64,000 bases of DNA, taken from the IMG/VR virus record IMGVR_UViG_3300047553_000334, positions 1,875-65,874 of that record; one strand, 5' to 3'. Position numbers and translations under genes: made by a program. The stretch is from a virus (Duplodnaviria > Caudoviricetes). Below, in pieces: positions 63,492-64,000 of this stretch (positions are counted from its first letter, which is position 1; every line of letters starts with the position of its first letter). The notes beneath the pieces were generated by a model, which worked only from the letters and a program-made list of their open reading frames with translations, made no database searches and was not told the DNA's origin.

Positions 63492-64000
63492 TTCCATATA
63501 TAGGTGACTTTGTTATCAACTCAACACTGCGTTATTACTATGCGTCAAACGCAGCTGGTGGTGCATCAGCAGCGCGAACGACTGCTGGCACGTATCGTGT
63601 TTATAAGAACATATCGACTACTGAACGAACATCTTCTGCTGGTATTACTGACTACAGTGGATTTGACTCTGTTACAGGATTGAATGCAGTAACGATCGAT
63701 CTCAGTAACAACACCGACGCTGGGTTCTACGCTGCTGGCAATGATTACGTTGTAGTGTTAGTAGGCGCAGTTGTAGATAGCTTGACAGTCAATGTGCCAT
63801 TGTTTCAATTTAGTATTGAGAACAGAGTTCCTACTGTTGCACTAACATCAGGAGTATGGGGTAATGCAACACGCACACTGACAGCCTCTTTAGACCCAAC
63901 AGCTGCACAGATTGCTGATGCTGTCTGGGATGAGGCATATGCTGACCATGTGGCAGCTGGTACGTTTGGCAAGCTAATGGATATATTGCGTAAATCGAAT
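63488..64000 (+). CDS. Tail-associated protein (3'-truncated; not in ORF track)
   Basis: TTG start overlapping the upstream stop; open to the window end: IPYIGDF...YRVYKN...IDLSNNTDAGFY...FSIENR...AQIADAVWDEAYADHV. Confidence 0.7.
   Translation, partial: MIPYIGDFVINSTLRYYYASNAAGGASAARTTAGTYRVYKNISTTERTSSAGITDYSGFDSVTGLNAVTIDLSNNTDAGFYAAGNDYVVVLVGAVVDSLTVNVPLFQFSIENRVPTVALTSGVWGNATRTLTASLDPTAAQIADAVWDEAYADHVAAGTFGKLMDILRKSN

Noticed and set aside
62418-64000. Diversity-generating retroelement acting on fibre genes
   Set aside because: No reverse transcriptase and no near-identical TR/VR pair differing at adenines in the window.
1-64000. Stop-codon reassignment or prophage status
   Set aside because: Core genes are intact in the standard code with all three stops used; no suppressor tRNA, integrase, att site or host genes seen.

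Overview
Nearly complete, apparently circularly permuted genome of a podovirus-like tailed phage. Tail and fibre genes lie at both window edges. No integrase, DNA polymerase or CRISPR array is visible. Layout: (+) tail, ejection proteins including a 4254-aa giant, and a CHAP endolysin (1-23251). (-) Replication/recombination module with DnaB, loader, HTH initiator, Gam-like protein, SSAP and VRR-NUC, plus about 30 small early genes (23240-39490). A GC-rich strand-switch region (39.6-39.9 kb). (+) tRNA-Asn, tRNA-Leu(UAA), thyX, dut, ssb, small basic proteins, a 2126-aa orphan, terS, terL, portal, scaffold, MCP, adaptors, holins and fibres. The most striking signal is RNA-level. The first 2.3 kb of the minus-strand (inferred early) transcription unit is punctuated by four intergenic hammerhead ribozymes: three type III, one of them with a U3-A8 core variant, and one type II with a pseudoknot. 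Three covarying H-type pseudoknots sit in 5' leaders. One ribozyme-bounded segment encodes a Csx16-like protein, a candidate ring-nuclease anti-CRISPR. All calls are by eye, without database searches.
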